Positions 1 to 11,890 of a stretch of 64,000 nucleotides of DNA are shown piece by piece; position 1 is the first letter of the stretch, and the number at the start of each line of letters is the position of its first letter. Made by a program: the position numbers and the translations under genes. The stretch lies in contig JASVEC010000011.1 of NCBI GenBank assembly GCA_030770535.1, forward strand, positions 1,302,001 through 1,366,000, given 5' to 3'. The DNA is from Batkoa obscura (Eukaryota). The notes beneath the pieces are model-generated. The model saw nothing but the letters and a program-made list of their open reading frames with translations. It made no database searches and had not been told where the DNA came from.

Positions 1-482
1 GATATAAAAACTAAAGTTTAAGCTTTAAAAGTGGACAAATGATTAAAAAAAAGACACTATCAATTTAACTATAATATCAGGTTACTGCTTTGATAGTTTG
101 TAAGTGCTTCTTGAGAAATTAAGGTATAGACAGGTATTTATACCCGAATAATAAATATTTCATATCAATATTTTTTCATATTTATGATAATAAGCTTAAT
201 GACTATTAAAATATTGAAATCTGTAGTAAATAATTGGGTTTGCTATTAGGCTATAATTTAAAATTTTAAGCTATTTCTTCTATAAATTTTTATATGAAAA
301 CAAACTAGAACTCATTAGATTTGCAGTTATTATAGTCCTTAAAATTTTAGCCTAATAAAGTATCTATTAAAAGCGATAAGATAAATTAAGCTAAACTATG
401 AATGTTTGTATCTGATTGTTGGTATAAGTTTAACTTTAGGATTTTATTAACATAAACGGATGGCCAAAAAACAATAAAATAA

Positions 483-2189
483 CTACACCTGGTGCTTTAA
501 AAATTCTTGGATCACTCGAATAAGTTTTAAATTAAGTTGGGAGATAAGAGCTGTAGAAAGGAACTTATTCAAGCTTTCTAGATACTTGATCCCTTTTTTT
601 ACACTTTCATTTTTAAGTTTGAGATTCTTCTCATGTCTCAGAATAAATATTAAGCAGATTGAAACTTGTGAGCAACTGAATGTAAGTGTATAACTAAAAT
701 TAAGAGATATAGAAAGGTTGATTATGGAATAGCATTCATTCAAACTAAGCTTGACGTAATCTGGGCCTTGGTAATGATTGTTATCAGCATGCTGATGCTC
801 AACTTGATGTCTGTATTTTGAGTGAGACAGCTGGAAAGAAAATAGAAAAAAGTGAACTAGATGGAAAAAGAATAAGATGCAATATTGGAGTTGTTTAATC
901 TTGTTTATTATTTCTTCGTTATGTATAAATATAATTAAATCATCGTACCATCCAAAATATTCATCTTTAACCATCGTCATTTTTTTTGATAGTTGGTATG
1001 AGTATATTTCAAAATTTAAGAATTTAGTCTCTGTTGAGGTGCCCTCTTTAAATAATCGTAAATGATGAAAGATTTTACTCAGCTCAAAATAGAATTCCAT
1101 TAATTTTAAAAAACAATAGCAGTTAACTTGTTCATGGTTTTTATAAAACATATCATCTGGTTGCATCGTTTTTTCATCAAAATTGCTACTTAACTTAAAC
1201 AATACCTCTGGCCTATTAATTTCTCCGACATAAGATCCAAACCTTGTCAAAATTCCGTTATAATAAGCATGTAAAATACAATAAGTAACTGCTCTTTCCT
1301 TCCTTAATGCTTTGCTTATTGATTTAGGTGCTTGGTTCAACTGCAAGATAAAGCTACTTCTATAGCAATGTGCTAATAGAATTTCCTTAACACTAATAAC
1401 CCAAGGAAAAAAACTAAGACTGGTGATAGCAATAAGGACTACTTGAATCATAGTCAAATTTGATTTTATTCGATGTACTTTGGATAATAGCGCAAACAAT
1501 TTAACTTCAAAAAAACTCATTAAAGCTTTGATTTCAGCTGTTTGTTCCATCCAACTTAATCCACAAACCAAAATAGTTATCTGCAAACTTTGACTTTTTG
1601 TTGTGAATTGAAATTCAGTTTCGTCAAATAAAGGTAGTATCTTATTATTATATATAAAATAGTTATCAAAGGCTTGCTTTAATATATTATTAACATTAGT
1701 TGGTATTGTTGAAGGTAATTTTGGTTTGATTAATTCTTTTTTTGGTTTTAGTATAAGTAAGTCTAGTTTCTGAGTAAGCGTTAAAAATAGTGATATACCC
1801 TGGTTAGGAACAAATGGGGATGGGTTTTGAATCAAATTGGTCAAGTTTTCCAACGCACTTTTTCTTGGGAACTTATGAAAAATACTTAATACTGAATATG
1901 AATACCCATAATCTTTAGGTGACTTTGAAATAGTTGTTTTAGTCACTAATGAAAACTGGTGATTGTTATCCACACTATTTATCCTTCTTTTATTTATTGT
2001 CGGTATATTCTTTTTATTTTTTCCTTTTACTTTTGTATATATTATAGTCCTATTTAATGTGCACGGCAATTTTTTTTTACTACAATTATTACAGTGAGGT
2101 AGCACTCTATCACATTTTAAATGACTTTGTGTGCATTGATCACATCGGTGCGCTCTTACTTTTATACTTGAATTAGCTGGATCTCCCAT
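483..2189 (-). CDS. Zn2Cys6 (Gal4-type) transcription factor, paralog 1
   Basis: 568-aa intronless ORF; N-terminal CDQCTQSHLKCDRVLPHCNNCSKKKLPC fits C-x2-C-x6-C-x6-C-x2-C-x6-C; middle region 'FDNYFIYNNKILPLFD' resembles the fungal TF middle-homology region. Confidence 0.9.
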   Translation of the reverse strand: MGDPANSSIKVRAHRCDQCTQSHLKCDRVLPHCNNCSKKKLPCTLNRTIIYTKVKGKNKKNIPTINKRRINSVDNNHQFSLVTKTTISKSPKDYGYSYSVLSIFHKFPRKSALENLTNLIQNPSPFVPNQGISLFLTLTQKLDLLILKPKKELIKPKLPSTIPTNVNNILKQAFDNYFIYNNKILPLFDETEFQFTTKSQSLQITILVCGLSWMEQTAEIKALMSFFEVKLFALLSKVHRIKSNLTMIQVVLIAITSLSFFPWVISVKEILLAHCYRSSFILQLNQAPKSISKALRKERAVTYCILHAYYNGILTRFGSYVGEINRPEVLFKLSSNFDEKTMQPDDMFYKNHEQVNCYCFLKLMEFYFELSKIFHHLRLFKEGTSTETKFLNFEIYSYQLSKKMTMVKDEYFGWYDDLIIFIHNEEIINKIKQLQYCILFFFHLVHFFLFSFQLSHSKYRHQVEHQHADNNHYQGPDYVKLSLNECYSIINLSISLNFSYTLTFSCSQVSICLIFILRHEKNLKLKNESVKKGIKYLESLNKFLSTALISQLNLKLIRVIQEFLKHQV

Positions 2190-2883
2190 TTAAAATTAAC
2201 TATATGGTTGGTTAGTTATAGCTTCCTTTCAGTTTTACTCCCTTTGCTCAAGAAAAAGAAAAAAGAAAAAAAGTTTATATCACTTTAACCTGTTCTAGAC
2301 TAGACGTGGTCAATTATCAAATATTGGCGAATGATCATAGGTTAAATTTAATTAAATTGACAAAAATGTCACTTTTACTGTGTCTAAGCATAAAACTAAA
2401 TGCTGGATAAAATTATAAACCAATTGTATTAGAGAAAACTAATAGAACATTTAACTTTTTATTAATAATGCAAAAAATATAATAAACTAATTCAGTATAG
2501 TAAATAGAATGGTACTAAAACATTGTCTTTTATCCTCTTTAAGCATTTTAGAATAGCTTTTGTTATTGCTGTTGATTTGTGCTACTCACTTGAAGACTTT
2601 TTGAACTTTGACTTATGATCAAACCACATATAAAACTTGAAAAAAGCAACTATAAGTTATAAAATACACTTTATACTATTCACTTTAAAAGCAAATGTTT
2701 TTGGTTTATGTATTAAATTTGGTACGATAAAACAACAATTATTTAATTTATTTACTCATTACATGTTCTGATTTATAATAAACCAAATTTCGCTATGATA
2801 TTGCTTTTAGCTCCTATTAAAGATGCATTCAGTTTATCTAATTCTTTCATTAGCAAAATATTACAACACAAAACCCCTCCCTT

Positions 2884-4608
2884 CTAACTTATTTCCTTTC
2901 TATAGAACCCTGCTACAATTTCAATCAACCTTAAATTAATTCTACCTGATTGTTGTTTACATGGCAGAGTAGCCATAAAATTAATAAACTTAATACCTTC
3001 CTTTAGCTTCTCTTGATTTAATGGATTCAGATATCCAAATCTCAGGATAAGCATCATGCTTAGCGTGATATTAGGACAATCTAAAGTTAATGAGAATTTA
3101 TGACACAAATTATTAGCGTGTTGGATCATGAGATAACAATGAGATAACAACTGGTGAATAACAGTAATTTGATTGGACTTTAGTTCTACTTTAGAGTTGG
3201 TGTTCCAATCTCGATAATCTGGATTGTAACACTGAAATAGATAAACAAGATTCGCAGTGGAATGGAAGAAGAAGTAAACGCAATTACAAGCTTGTTCAAT
3301 TAATTCCATCGACTCTGAGTTGATAATATACTTCAATATGTGTTTAAAATGTTTGATATATTTTTCCCGAATTTTGATTAACCTTGTTATCAGTTTCAGC
3401 GACATCTTATCTATCTGTGATTGATCTATATCCTGTCGAATGTTTGTTTCTTTATAAATCCGTAGATAACAGTTGAATTCGGAAAGTTCAATATAAAATG
3501 AAGTAATATTAACTATGTGATATGTTTTAACTTGCTCGATTTGGCTATAAAATTTAAATGGATTTAGCTTGATTTTATTCTCAAATTGTTTCAATCTTCT
3601 ATTAAGTTGCTTTGGTCTATTTGGAAATGTGAAATAAGAACCGAAGATAACTAAAGATATTGAATAGTAAGCATTTAATAAACAATAAGTATGTGCACGA
3701 TTATATTTAAGCTTTGTATTAAAATGAGATGGCGATCGATCTAAAGAGATTATTGAAGAAATTCTATAACAATGAAAAATAAAAAAATGAATGTAAGGGC
3801 CAACCCATTTAAAATTTGTTAATCCAGTAAGAGTTAAAAGTAAAATTTGTACATTTTCTAAACTCGCTTTGATATTTGATACTTTACTTAAATACTTAAA
3901 TAGTTTACCTTCATAGCATGATATTAATTTGTTCACAAGTGGTGTTCTCTCCATCCACAGTAATCCGCAAGAGATGATCGTTAGCTTCAAATAAAAGGAT
4001 AGCGGTTTAAAATTAAATTCAGTTTTAATAAATAATGGAAAATACTCGTTGTTATAGTTAAAATAGTTCTCTATTGCTTGTTTCAAAATGACTCTGATTT
4101 CATTAAGTTGGTATCTTTCTTTACGTGGCTTGTTTTCGATATTCTTTTGTTGTATAGTGCCTCCACTCAGTTTCCGTATGATAGCAACTAATAGGGAGTT
4201 ACCTTTGATATGAGAAAATGGGGAAGGGCATTGTACTAAAGTCATTAAATTTTCGAATCGAACCTTATCTTTGAAACTAGTATAATACTTGAATATCAAT
4301 GAATTGCTTTTAAACTTAGGGGTTAAGATTCTTGATGGGCTAACTAAATAATAAGGTTCAAGCTTTAGCTGTAGCTTATGGGTCATCTTTTCATTTGGGT
4401 TGAAATCAAAAGCAACCTGGCTACTTGCTGTTAACTTGAACTTATTCATATTTTGATTATTGTTATTTCGCTTTTTGACATTAATTATTTTCCTATTTAG
4501 TGTGCACTCTCTATTCCTTTTTATGCATTCTGAGCATCTTGGCAACATCTTGTTACATTTTTTATGATTTTTAGTACATTGATCACAGCTATAAACTCTA
4601 ATTTCCAT
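2884..4608 (-). CDS. Zn2Cys6 transcription factor, paralog 2
   Basis: 574-aa ORF; CDQCTKNHKKCNKMLPRCSECIKRNREC; shares ENLxxLxQxPSPF, NYFxYNN and HCYRIS blocks with the other paralogs. Confidence 0.9.
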   Translation of the reverse strand: MEIRVYSCDQCTKNHKKCNKMLPRCSECIKRNRECTLNRKIINVKKRNNNNQNMNKFKLTASSQVAFDFNPNEKMTHKLQLKLEPYYLVSPSRILTPKFKSNSLIFKYYTSFKDKVRFENLMTLVQCPSPFSHIKGNSLLVAIIRKLSGGTIQQKNIENKPRKERYQLNEIRVILKQAIENYFNYNNEYFPLFIKTEFNFKPLSFYLKLTIISCGLLWMERTPLVNKLISCYEGKLFKYLSKVSNIKASLENVQILLLTLTGLTNFKWVGPYIHFFIFHCYRISSIISLDRSPSHFNTKLKYNRAHTYCLLNAYYSISLVIFGSYFTFPNRPKQLNRRLKQFENKIKLNPFKFYSQIEQVKTYHIVNITSFYIELSEFNCYLRIYKETNIRQDIDQSQIDKMSLKLITRLIKIREKYIKHFKHILKYIINSESMELIEQACNCVYFFFHSTANLVYLFQCYNPDYRDWNTNSKVELKSNQITVIHQLLSHCYLMIQHANNLCHKFSLTLDCPNITLSMMLILRFGYLNPLNQEKLKEGIKFINFMATLPCKQQSGRINLRLIEIVAGFYRKEIS

Positions 4609-4780
4609 TCTAACAAATTGAAAAAAATCTCACCTTGAAATTTATTAATTCATTAAATTTTTGATAGTCAGTTTAATAGCCTTTTATTAGCATTCTTGAT
4701 ACTACTTCGATTAAAAAAGGAAAGAGTAAGCTTTTGCTTCTTTATAAACTCGCTTAAATAACTTTTTTAAAATAATACAT

Positions 4781-4873
4781 GGGGGTATTTTTTTGACTTC
4801 ACTTTTTCCATTTTTTAAGTGCTATTTGAGCGGAAAAATTGTTAGTAAAATTCTTAAACATAAAATACATCAC
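4781..4873 (-). mobile_element. ~98-bp MITE family A copy
   Basis: reverse-complement match to the family consensus; ACAT on both flanks. Confidence 0.85.
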
Positions 4874-6312
4874 ACATGGTTCTTTAATTTTATTTTGATA
4901 GCAAATCAAAAGTAAGAGATTTTTCATATTCTTTGGTATAAATTGAATTACTGATCGTTTATTAGTAATAGGATTTTCATATTTTTATCAATTGGCAATT
5001 ATGATATTTGTAAATCAAGTATAAACATAACAATATACTCTAAACAAAACGGATTGTATTTTTGGTAGCATATATTTGAGCTAACTTCTTATTTAACAAA
5101 GTTAATAGTCTCTACTCTTTATAGCTTAGTTTCCATTTTAGATGCTCTATAAGATTTGATAATTTGTTTATTCAAGATCAATAAATTAGCATAAAGAGAT
5201 AGAATTTTATTTATTTATTTCATTTTAATAAATAGAATTTCTTACATGCTCAATTACATTAAATTGATATATTTATAAAATATCACTATTGAGCATTTCT
5301 AGATTTAGATACAAAAGAACTATGTTTAAAATGGAAACGTCGTATTATACCTTAAGTAAAAAATAAAATAAAACAGTATTGTCTATACAATACTACCATA
5401 AGTTATAAATATGAATATAAACATACCATTTTATATTTGTTTAAATATTTCACAGATGTAGATATTTTGATATTGTTACTACTCTGAAGCATTTTGAAAT
5501 ATTTTATAAAAATAACATTTGTGAATAAACCGATTGTTCTAACTCTAAAATCGATTTTAAATTAGCGAAAATGTTACATTAACAATAATATTATATTAGT
5601 AATAATATTTGTTACCATAATTGACAAACATACTACTATTTACTTGTTAATTTATTAATAATAAACTATTAAAGTCATCTTTAGCTTTTAGTTGATATTA
5701 TATGAATCAAATGTTATAAAATCAATCCTTTTATTTTATTACAATAAACCAAGTTAAACCGTAATTACTATCATATAATCTGTGAGAATTCTCAACAAAC
5801 ATTATTGTAGAATCGAAAGCCTAGTGTTATTCTTATAATTTAATTAATATAATCAATCCACAAAAAGCAATTGGATATTGTTAAACCTGAATAATAAATG
5901 AAACCTGGATTAAATAACCAAAGTGATAGAAATAATTGGCTTATCACGTTTACCGAGGTTGGCAGATGTAACATAAACACAAATATATTACGATGTCAGT
6001 TTCATCTTTGATTATTACTTTAAATAGCAGTAACAACAATCATTGTCATTTCTCAATAAAAATAAACCGGTCTATTTTTTTAGTTCCCACTTTAGCTTCC
6101 TAATTTAGCAAAAATAGCAAGTATCAATAAGTAGAACTTCAATTATGAAGTAGCCACAGTGATAAGAGGTATCCTTTATAATGTGATATTAGGAGAATTA
6201 ATAAACAGCAAGTAAATGAAACTAAGCTCTTAAATTAGTATAAATAGTGGCTGCATTGGTGTTTTATTAAAATATCAAATTCGTTTTTATATATCTTGTA
6301 TTAAGTTAAAAC

Positions 6313-7746
6313 ATGATGAGTATTACAACAGATTCCACTACTACAAAGCATAGTAACGATGCTGTAATTATCAATGAAACATTGAATATAAAAAAATTAG
6401 TGCGTAAAGTGGATTTAAGATTAATTCCCTTCCTTACCATATTATACATATTCTCTTTCCTTGATAGAGTGAACATAGGGCATGCACGCTTGTATCAGCT
6501 AGAAAAAGACTTAAACTTGGGCCCAAATGAATTTAGCTGGACCTTGTCGATCTTTTTTATAGGTTATGTGGTATTTGAAGTACCATCAAACCTGATGATG
6601 AAACGTACTTCACCTGCTATATGGATATCTAGAATTATGATAACCTGGGGCATAATTACAATGTCAATGGCAGCCTCTTATAACTTCGCTGGGTTAATGG
6701 CTTCTCGTTTTTTCTTGGGTTTAGCTGAAGCCGGTTTGTTTCCAGGTATTGTGTTTTATCTATCAAGTTGGTACACCCGTAAAGAACAAGGAGTGCGTAT
6801 TGCTTCTTTCTTTTCGGCTTCAACTTTTGCTGGTGCATTTGCTGGCTTAATTGCTTATGGAATTGCTTACATGAATGGTGTTGGTGGTCTAAAATCTTGG
6901 CAGTGGATTTTTATTATTGAAGGTTTTCCAACAGTCATCCTTGGTGTAATCACTTTATTTGTTTTACCATCATCACCACAAGATGCCAAATGGCTTAATG
7001 AAGAAGAAAAGATTATATTAAGTGAACGCTTAAAAGAAGATCATGTAGAGTTGGAGTCTAAAAAATTTGACAAAAAACAATTTATGGAAGCTGTCACTGA
7101 TTATAAGACTTACCTCTTCATGTTATGCTTCTTTGGTTTTTATGCTCCGGTTTATTCTTTAGCCTTGCTAACCCCAACTATCTTAAGTACTATGGGATTT
7201 TCTATTTTAAGCACTTTCTTACTTACTATCCCTCCAAACCTTGTTTGCTGTGTTGTAGCTACTGTAGCAGGTTGGAATTCTGATAGAACCATGGAACGCG
7301 GATATCACGTAATTTTTGGGGCAATCATAGGAGTAGCTGGTTTTTTCGTTTTAATTTTTGCTGAAATATTAGCTGTCAAATATTTTGGGCTTATTTTAGC
7401 CTCTTCTGGTCTTGTTAGTTGTTTGCCTCCTTTATTATCTTGGTCAAATAACAATACTATTGGTTCTACAAAATTAGCTACTGTTTCTGCTATGATTATC
7501 TCATTCGGAAACATTGGTGGTGCTATCTCTGGTCAATTTTATCGCGCTTATGAAGCTCCATATTATGTACCTTCCCATGCTACTAATATTGCTTTTGCTT
7601 GTATGACTATTATTACAGCAGGGATATTGAAATGGAGATATACGGTTGAAAATCAAAAGTTGGAAGCAAAAGAAATCGTTGTGTCAGAAAAAGAAGAACC
7701 TTTCGATAATAAGGTATTGTCTCGAAGATTTAGATATATTCTTTAA
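6313..7746 (+). CDS. MFS transporter, anion:cation symporter (Dal5/Tna1-like) family
   Basis: 477 aa; KLVRKVDLRLIP, FLDRVNIG, FEVPSN, RFFLGLAEAGLFPG, WQWIFIIEG motifs; many hydrophobic segments. Confidence 0.92.
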   Translation: MMSITTDSTTTKHSNDAVIINETLNIKKLVRKVDLRLIPFLTILYIFSFLDRVNIGHARLYQLEKDLNLGPNEFSWTLSIFFIGYVVFEVPSNLMMKRTSPAIWISRIMITWGIITMSMAASYNFAGLMASRFFLGLAEAGLFPGIVFYLSSWYTRKEQGVRIASFFSASTFAGAFAGLIAYGIAYMNGVGGLKSWQWIFIIEGFPTVILGVITLFVLPSSPQDAKWLNEEEKIILSERLKEDHVELESKKFDKKQFMEAVTDYKTYLFMLCFFGFYAPVYSLALLTPTILSTMGFSILSTFLLTIPPNLVCCVVATVAGWNSDRTMERGYHVIFGAIIGVAGFFVLIFAEILAVKYFGLILASSGLVSCLPPLLSWSNNNTIGSTKLATVSAMIISFGNIGGAISGQFYRAYEAPYYVPSHATNIAFACMTIITAGILKWRYTVENQKLEAKEIVVSEKEEPFDNKVLSRRFRYIL

Positions 7747-8149
7747 TTGTTGTTTAGATAAAGTTAATAAATGTTATGATAAATATTTCTATTTTAACAA
7801 TTGTTTTGAAAGAATGTTGTCTATAGCTTATTAAACTTAAGGCAATCAACCAACTTAAATTATATTAATGAAAAATTACAATTAAAATAAACAGACATAA
7901 GGCTCGCAAAATTTTAAGATTTATGATTCTTTTGTTATAAAAGCAGTAAAGTATCAACTATATAGTATTTTTATTTTTTACATATTAAAATTTCCTACTG
8001 CCTTTATTTTTTAAATAATTGTTTGAGTCATTTTATTTAAAACAGATTATAATGATATTTTATATTATCTTTAAGGATTATGAAGGAGCTTGAAAATTCT
8101 CAAGTGTTTTATTGGTAGCAGTGAACTATTTTAGTGTTAATTTGAATGA

Positions 8150-8800
8150 AGAAGAGAGTAGTTATGGAGTAAAAGGGGTAAGGTAAGGCAAGAATTAAGC
8201 AAAGAGAGGAAGTTTGAGTAGTTATAACTTATGGCTTTTGATTTTAATGATTTCTAATACATTCCTAATAGTCCATGCTTGTACAATTCAATTCGAGTGT
8301 GAAAGAGTGTATTGGAAACAAAAGCTTGGGTTTTAGGTCATCAGAGACAGTTTATTAAAGGCGGTATAAGTTGCCTACAAACCTGTAACCATGGTCAAAG
8401 TTTGAGGTAATACAGCAAACAACGGAAAGGCGAGAAGGAGTTGATCCAGGTCTTTGGAAGAAACTGAAAACTTCAATCTGGATTGATGTGGGTAGAATAG
8501 GGTTTTAAACCAAAAGCCCTGTACGGGGACATAGGAAATGAATCACTAGTCAATTTTTGCCCCCCGCTTGATAGAAGCGATACTCCTTCTGGGGGTTAGG
8601 GATAGTGTGAGTTAAATGGGCTTAGGCTTTGAAGGTCCTTAAGTTTAATCTTCACAAAATGGAAAACTGTTTGGGGTTGAGGTATTTAACAATATCAATG
8701 AACAAAAGCTTCAAGTCAGAAAAGTTTTTAAAGGGAGCAAAGCATGAGAGTAGAAAATTTCAACGAATATTACTCGGAGCTTTCCGACAAGTTGTTTAAA
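8150..8800 (-). other. possible decayed coding or retroelement fragment
   Basis: GC-richer, purine-skewed island with stop-interrupted protein-like frames on the minus strand; no diagnostic motif recognised. Confidence 0.2.
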
Positions 8801-8900
8801 CCAGTAAATAATAGATGAACCTTTAATAATGAGATGTTGGCTTATGGGCAGGGCACTGAATAAAGGTACATATTTTATCTAATTTGATATAATAACATAT

Positions 8901-8997
8901 AGGGATGCTTTTTTGGTTTCATCATTTTTTACATTTTTTAAGCACTATTTGAGTGCAAAGATTGTTAGTAAAATTCTTAAAAAAAAAAATACATCCC
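8901..8997 (-). mobile_element. MITE family A copy
   Basis: consensus match; ATAT on both flanks. Confidence 0.88.
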
Positions 8998-9183
8998 ATA
9001 TATATTTAAACATTTGTGGTTAAATATAAGTACAATCATATAGTTGACATTGAGTTATATAGTAACAAAAATAAATTTTATATATGGATAGGTTTAAAAG
9101 CTTGGTTAAAATTAAAGCTCAATAATTGAAAAATAAGTAATGAATAATAAATTTTATAAAGATACAAAGTGAAAATAACAAAT

Positions 9184-9283
9184 GAGGATGTATTTTTACG
9201 TCTAAGAATTTCACTAACAATTTTTCCACTCAAATAGTGTTTAAAAGGTAGAAAAAGTGATGAAGCCAAAAAAAACACCCCCC
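9184..9283 (+). mobile_element. MITE family A copy
   Basis: consensus match; AAAT on both flanks. Confidence 0.88.
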
Positions 9284-9678
9284 AAATAATAAATTTTATG
9301 ATATTATTTAATATTTATACTGTAACAAAATCTAGTTTGATGTTAGAGGTAAATGAATAGTTTGTTTTAAAATAAGAGGATTTTACTTTATATTTTTACA
9401 TGAATAATGCTAATGTCTTAGCTATAAAGTTTATCACATAGTATGTATATTCCAGTTTGATAAATCCAGCTTTAAAAAAGTTAGAGCTCATCAACTACTA
9501 AATCCCAGAACGCTTGTTTTTCGTGATAATTTATTTTAATAAAAGTTTGCATAGCAGTAGCTAATTAAACATAACCACAATAACTTTAAGATGAATAAAT
9601 TAATATAATACAGACATTTCATTTTAGAAAGAATGTAAAAAGAGAAATAAAACGATAGTAAAATAGTAGTTTTTTTAA

Positions 9679-10172
9679 ATGAAATTATCAAGTATTACTG
9701 CTGTCGCCCTAGTTGGTTTATTTGGTCTAAGTCACTGTCGAAATAACTCTTCAATGAAATCGTAGAGGAATTAAGTAGAAAGGAACAAAATTGGTCCATA
9801 TCCAATTAAAGTTGGTAGAAAGTTAACCAAATTAGCTAAGGTACATGCTGATGATTTATCAAAACATGAAAAATCCAATCCAGGGTTACATGGCCGGCCT
9901 TCTGTTTTTCCATGTAAGGCAAATCGGGGCTTTAAACGTATGTAGGATAAACCTCGTCATCTTACTGAGCATCCTAACAATGGATTCGAGGTTTCTTTCT
10001 TAGGAGTAATAAAGCCCAAGAATTTGATATGTGGCTGGTTAAATTCAAAACTGCATGCTGAAGTGCTTTTGAATCAAGGAATATGAAAGAATATGAAATA
10101 GAAAATAGTCGGTGCAGGTAAGGAGGTGAATATGTTGTTATGTAGTTTGGTGAAGCCCCAGATAAGAGTTAA
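9679..10172 (+). pseudogene. secreted CAP/SCP-domain protein pseudogene
   Basis: hand translation: signal-like MKLSSITAVALVGLFGLSHC, then LTKLAKVHADDL...LHG...M*DKPRHLT...NGFEV...GWLNSKLHAEVLLNQGI*KNMK*KIVGAG and (frameshifted) YVVM*FGEAPD; several stops and frameshifts. Confidence 0.75.
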
Positions 10173-11031
10173 GGAATCCTTTGATTACTAATTATTTTAT
10201 TGTTTTAATAAATGATAGTTTTAAAATAAACTTTTTCCATACATTTTTTAAATATATCTATTAATTTAATATATTAATGCTATGTAGTTTATTAAAAAGC
10301 TGTTATTTCACAATCCTTTTGTAGCGATTAGTTAATGGGTACTAATTTAAGTGTACCGGTTCTAGTACGCTTTTTAAATAATTTTCTTTGGTTATAAAAG
10401 TGCGTTTCGTGGCTGTAATTAAATGACTAGATAGAAAAGGCATAAAACTTTTATGGTACTCTTTACTGCTATAGTTTTTATTTTGTTTCTTTCAAATTAC
10501 TAATATAAAAGCCATCAGAATTTAAAACGCCACGTGCCTCAATCTATCTTACTTCCAACGTCAGAGTTCCAGCTACTAATCATTAAATAAAAATACAGTA
10601 ATAATATTTCGAGGTTTCTCTTTATTTTGATAATAATTGTGTCCGAATTCGTTGCCTTCTGCTGTAGTAATGACAGATCAAAAAGTGCACCAAAACCGGT
10701 ACAGTCAAATTTTTGAAAACCCGCTCAAACAAACCACTCTTTCAAGAAGTCAGAACAGCCAATTGCTCTTAAATTAATTAAGGGATATGATGAGATGTTG
10801 TGTTATACACTGATTTAATTTTGAAAAAATCTGACCAATAGTTTATGAACTATGAGGATATTCTACTGTGCCGGTTTTAGTACAGCCAGAGCATACAGTA
10901 TTAGTTAAAAATAAAAAACAAAACTAGGAGCGTTTTTTAATGATAAATGGTGATAGCAGGTCATATTAAACAATAGTGCTTGGTGATTTAAGCTAAGTTT
11001 TAGACTAAGTCTTACTAATTTGCTTTTTATT

Positions 11032-11890
11032 ATGCTTATGTTTAATAATTTTTCAGAATTAGTGTTAAGGTATCCTTATATATTATTGAGTGACTTAGCT
11101 GGTAATACAACCGATTCTCAATTCGTATATTTCAAACTATTAAATAGAGAAATCTGCCATTGGATTAATAGTCATATGAATAGGTATAACACTAATAGGG
11201 TTAGTTTTTTTACTGTCGAATGAAAAAACCATAAGATATGTCTATTTTCTGAGTGGATTTGATTCACCCTTATTATACCGCTTATCTTTGTAATTATAAT
11301 AGCGATACATTATTCAACTACAACATATGGTATAGAGTATGACAAAAGCAGCTACCGAAAACAATTAATCCCCTGAATTAATGAACAGCTCAAATGATAT
11401 TATAGTGTAGCTATAGGTGTAAGTTTGTTTTTTTGATTATTGGGCTATAAATCTAAGAAATCAGATCAAACATCTTGTGCATTAGTATCAGTACAGCCCA
11501 TTGTTTCCTTTAGATTGATAGGTAATATATCTGTCTTTGCTTTAGTCTTTTTTATTACATTTTTTTTCTATCTCTATCCCTGCAATTATTTGTAAACTAA
11601 ATCGCTTATCTGATGTAATATTATCTTCTATAACTGGTGGTTTCTTATTCTCTTCAGGTTATGTAACTACAGATGTTGGTATCAGTTGCTTTTTTAAACT
11701 AACAAACACAAGTGATAGTCTGTTTTCTTATTTCATAGTACTTCTAATACTGACCATTGCTCCATTTACAACAGTTCACTTAATCTTTATTCAAATCGGA
11801 ATATTTATCATTTTGCTTAACCACTATTATAAGCTAAGATATATTGTATGTCAAAAGTTGACATATATTAGCTTTTACAATAAACAATAA
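11032..11890 (+). pseudogene. disrupted tandem copy of the membrane-protein gene at 12751-13623
   Basis: colinear nucleotide similarity including the same intron position; in-frame TGA stops, e.g. aaatgatat versus aaatggtat in the intact copy. Confidence 0.85.

Noticed and set aside
10594..10870. Possible CAGTA...TACTG-ended element
   Set aside because: Inverted similarity is short and gapped, the TSD is unclear and there is no second copy in the window.
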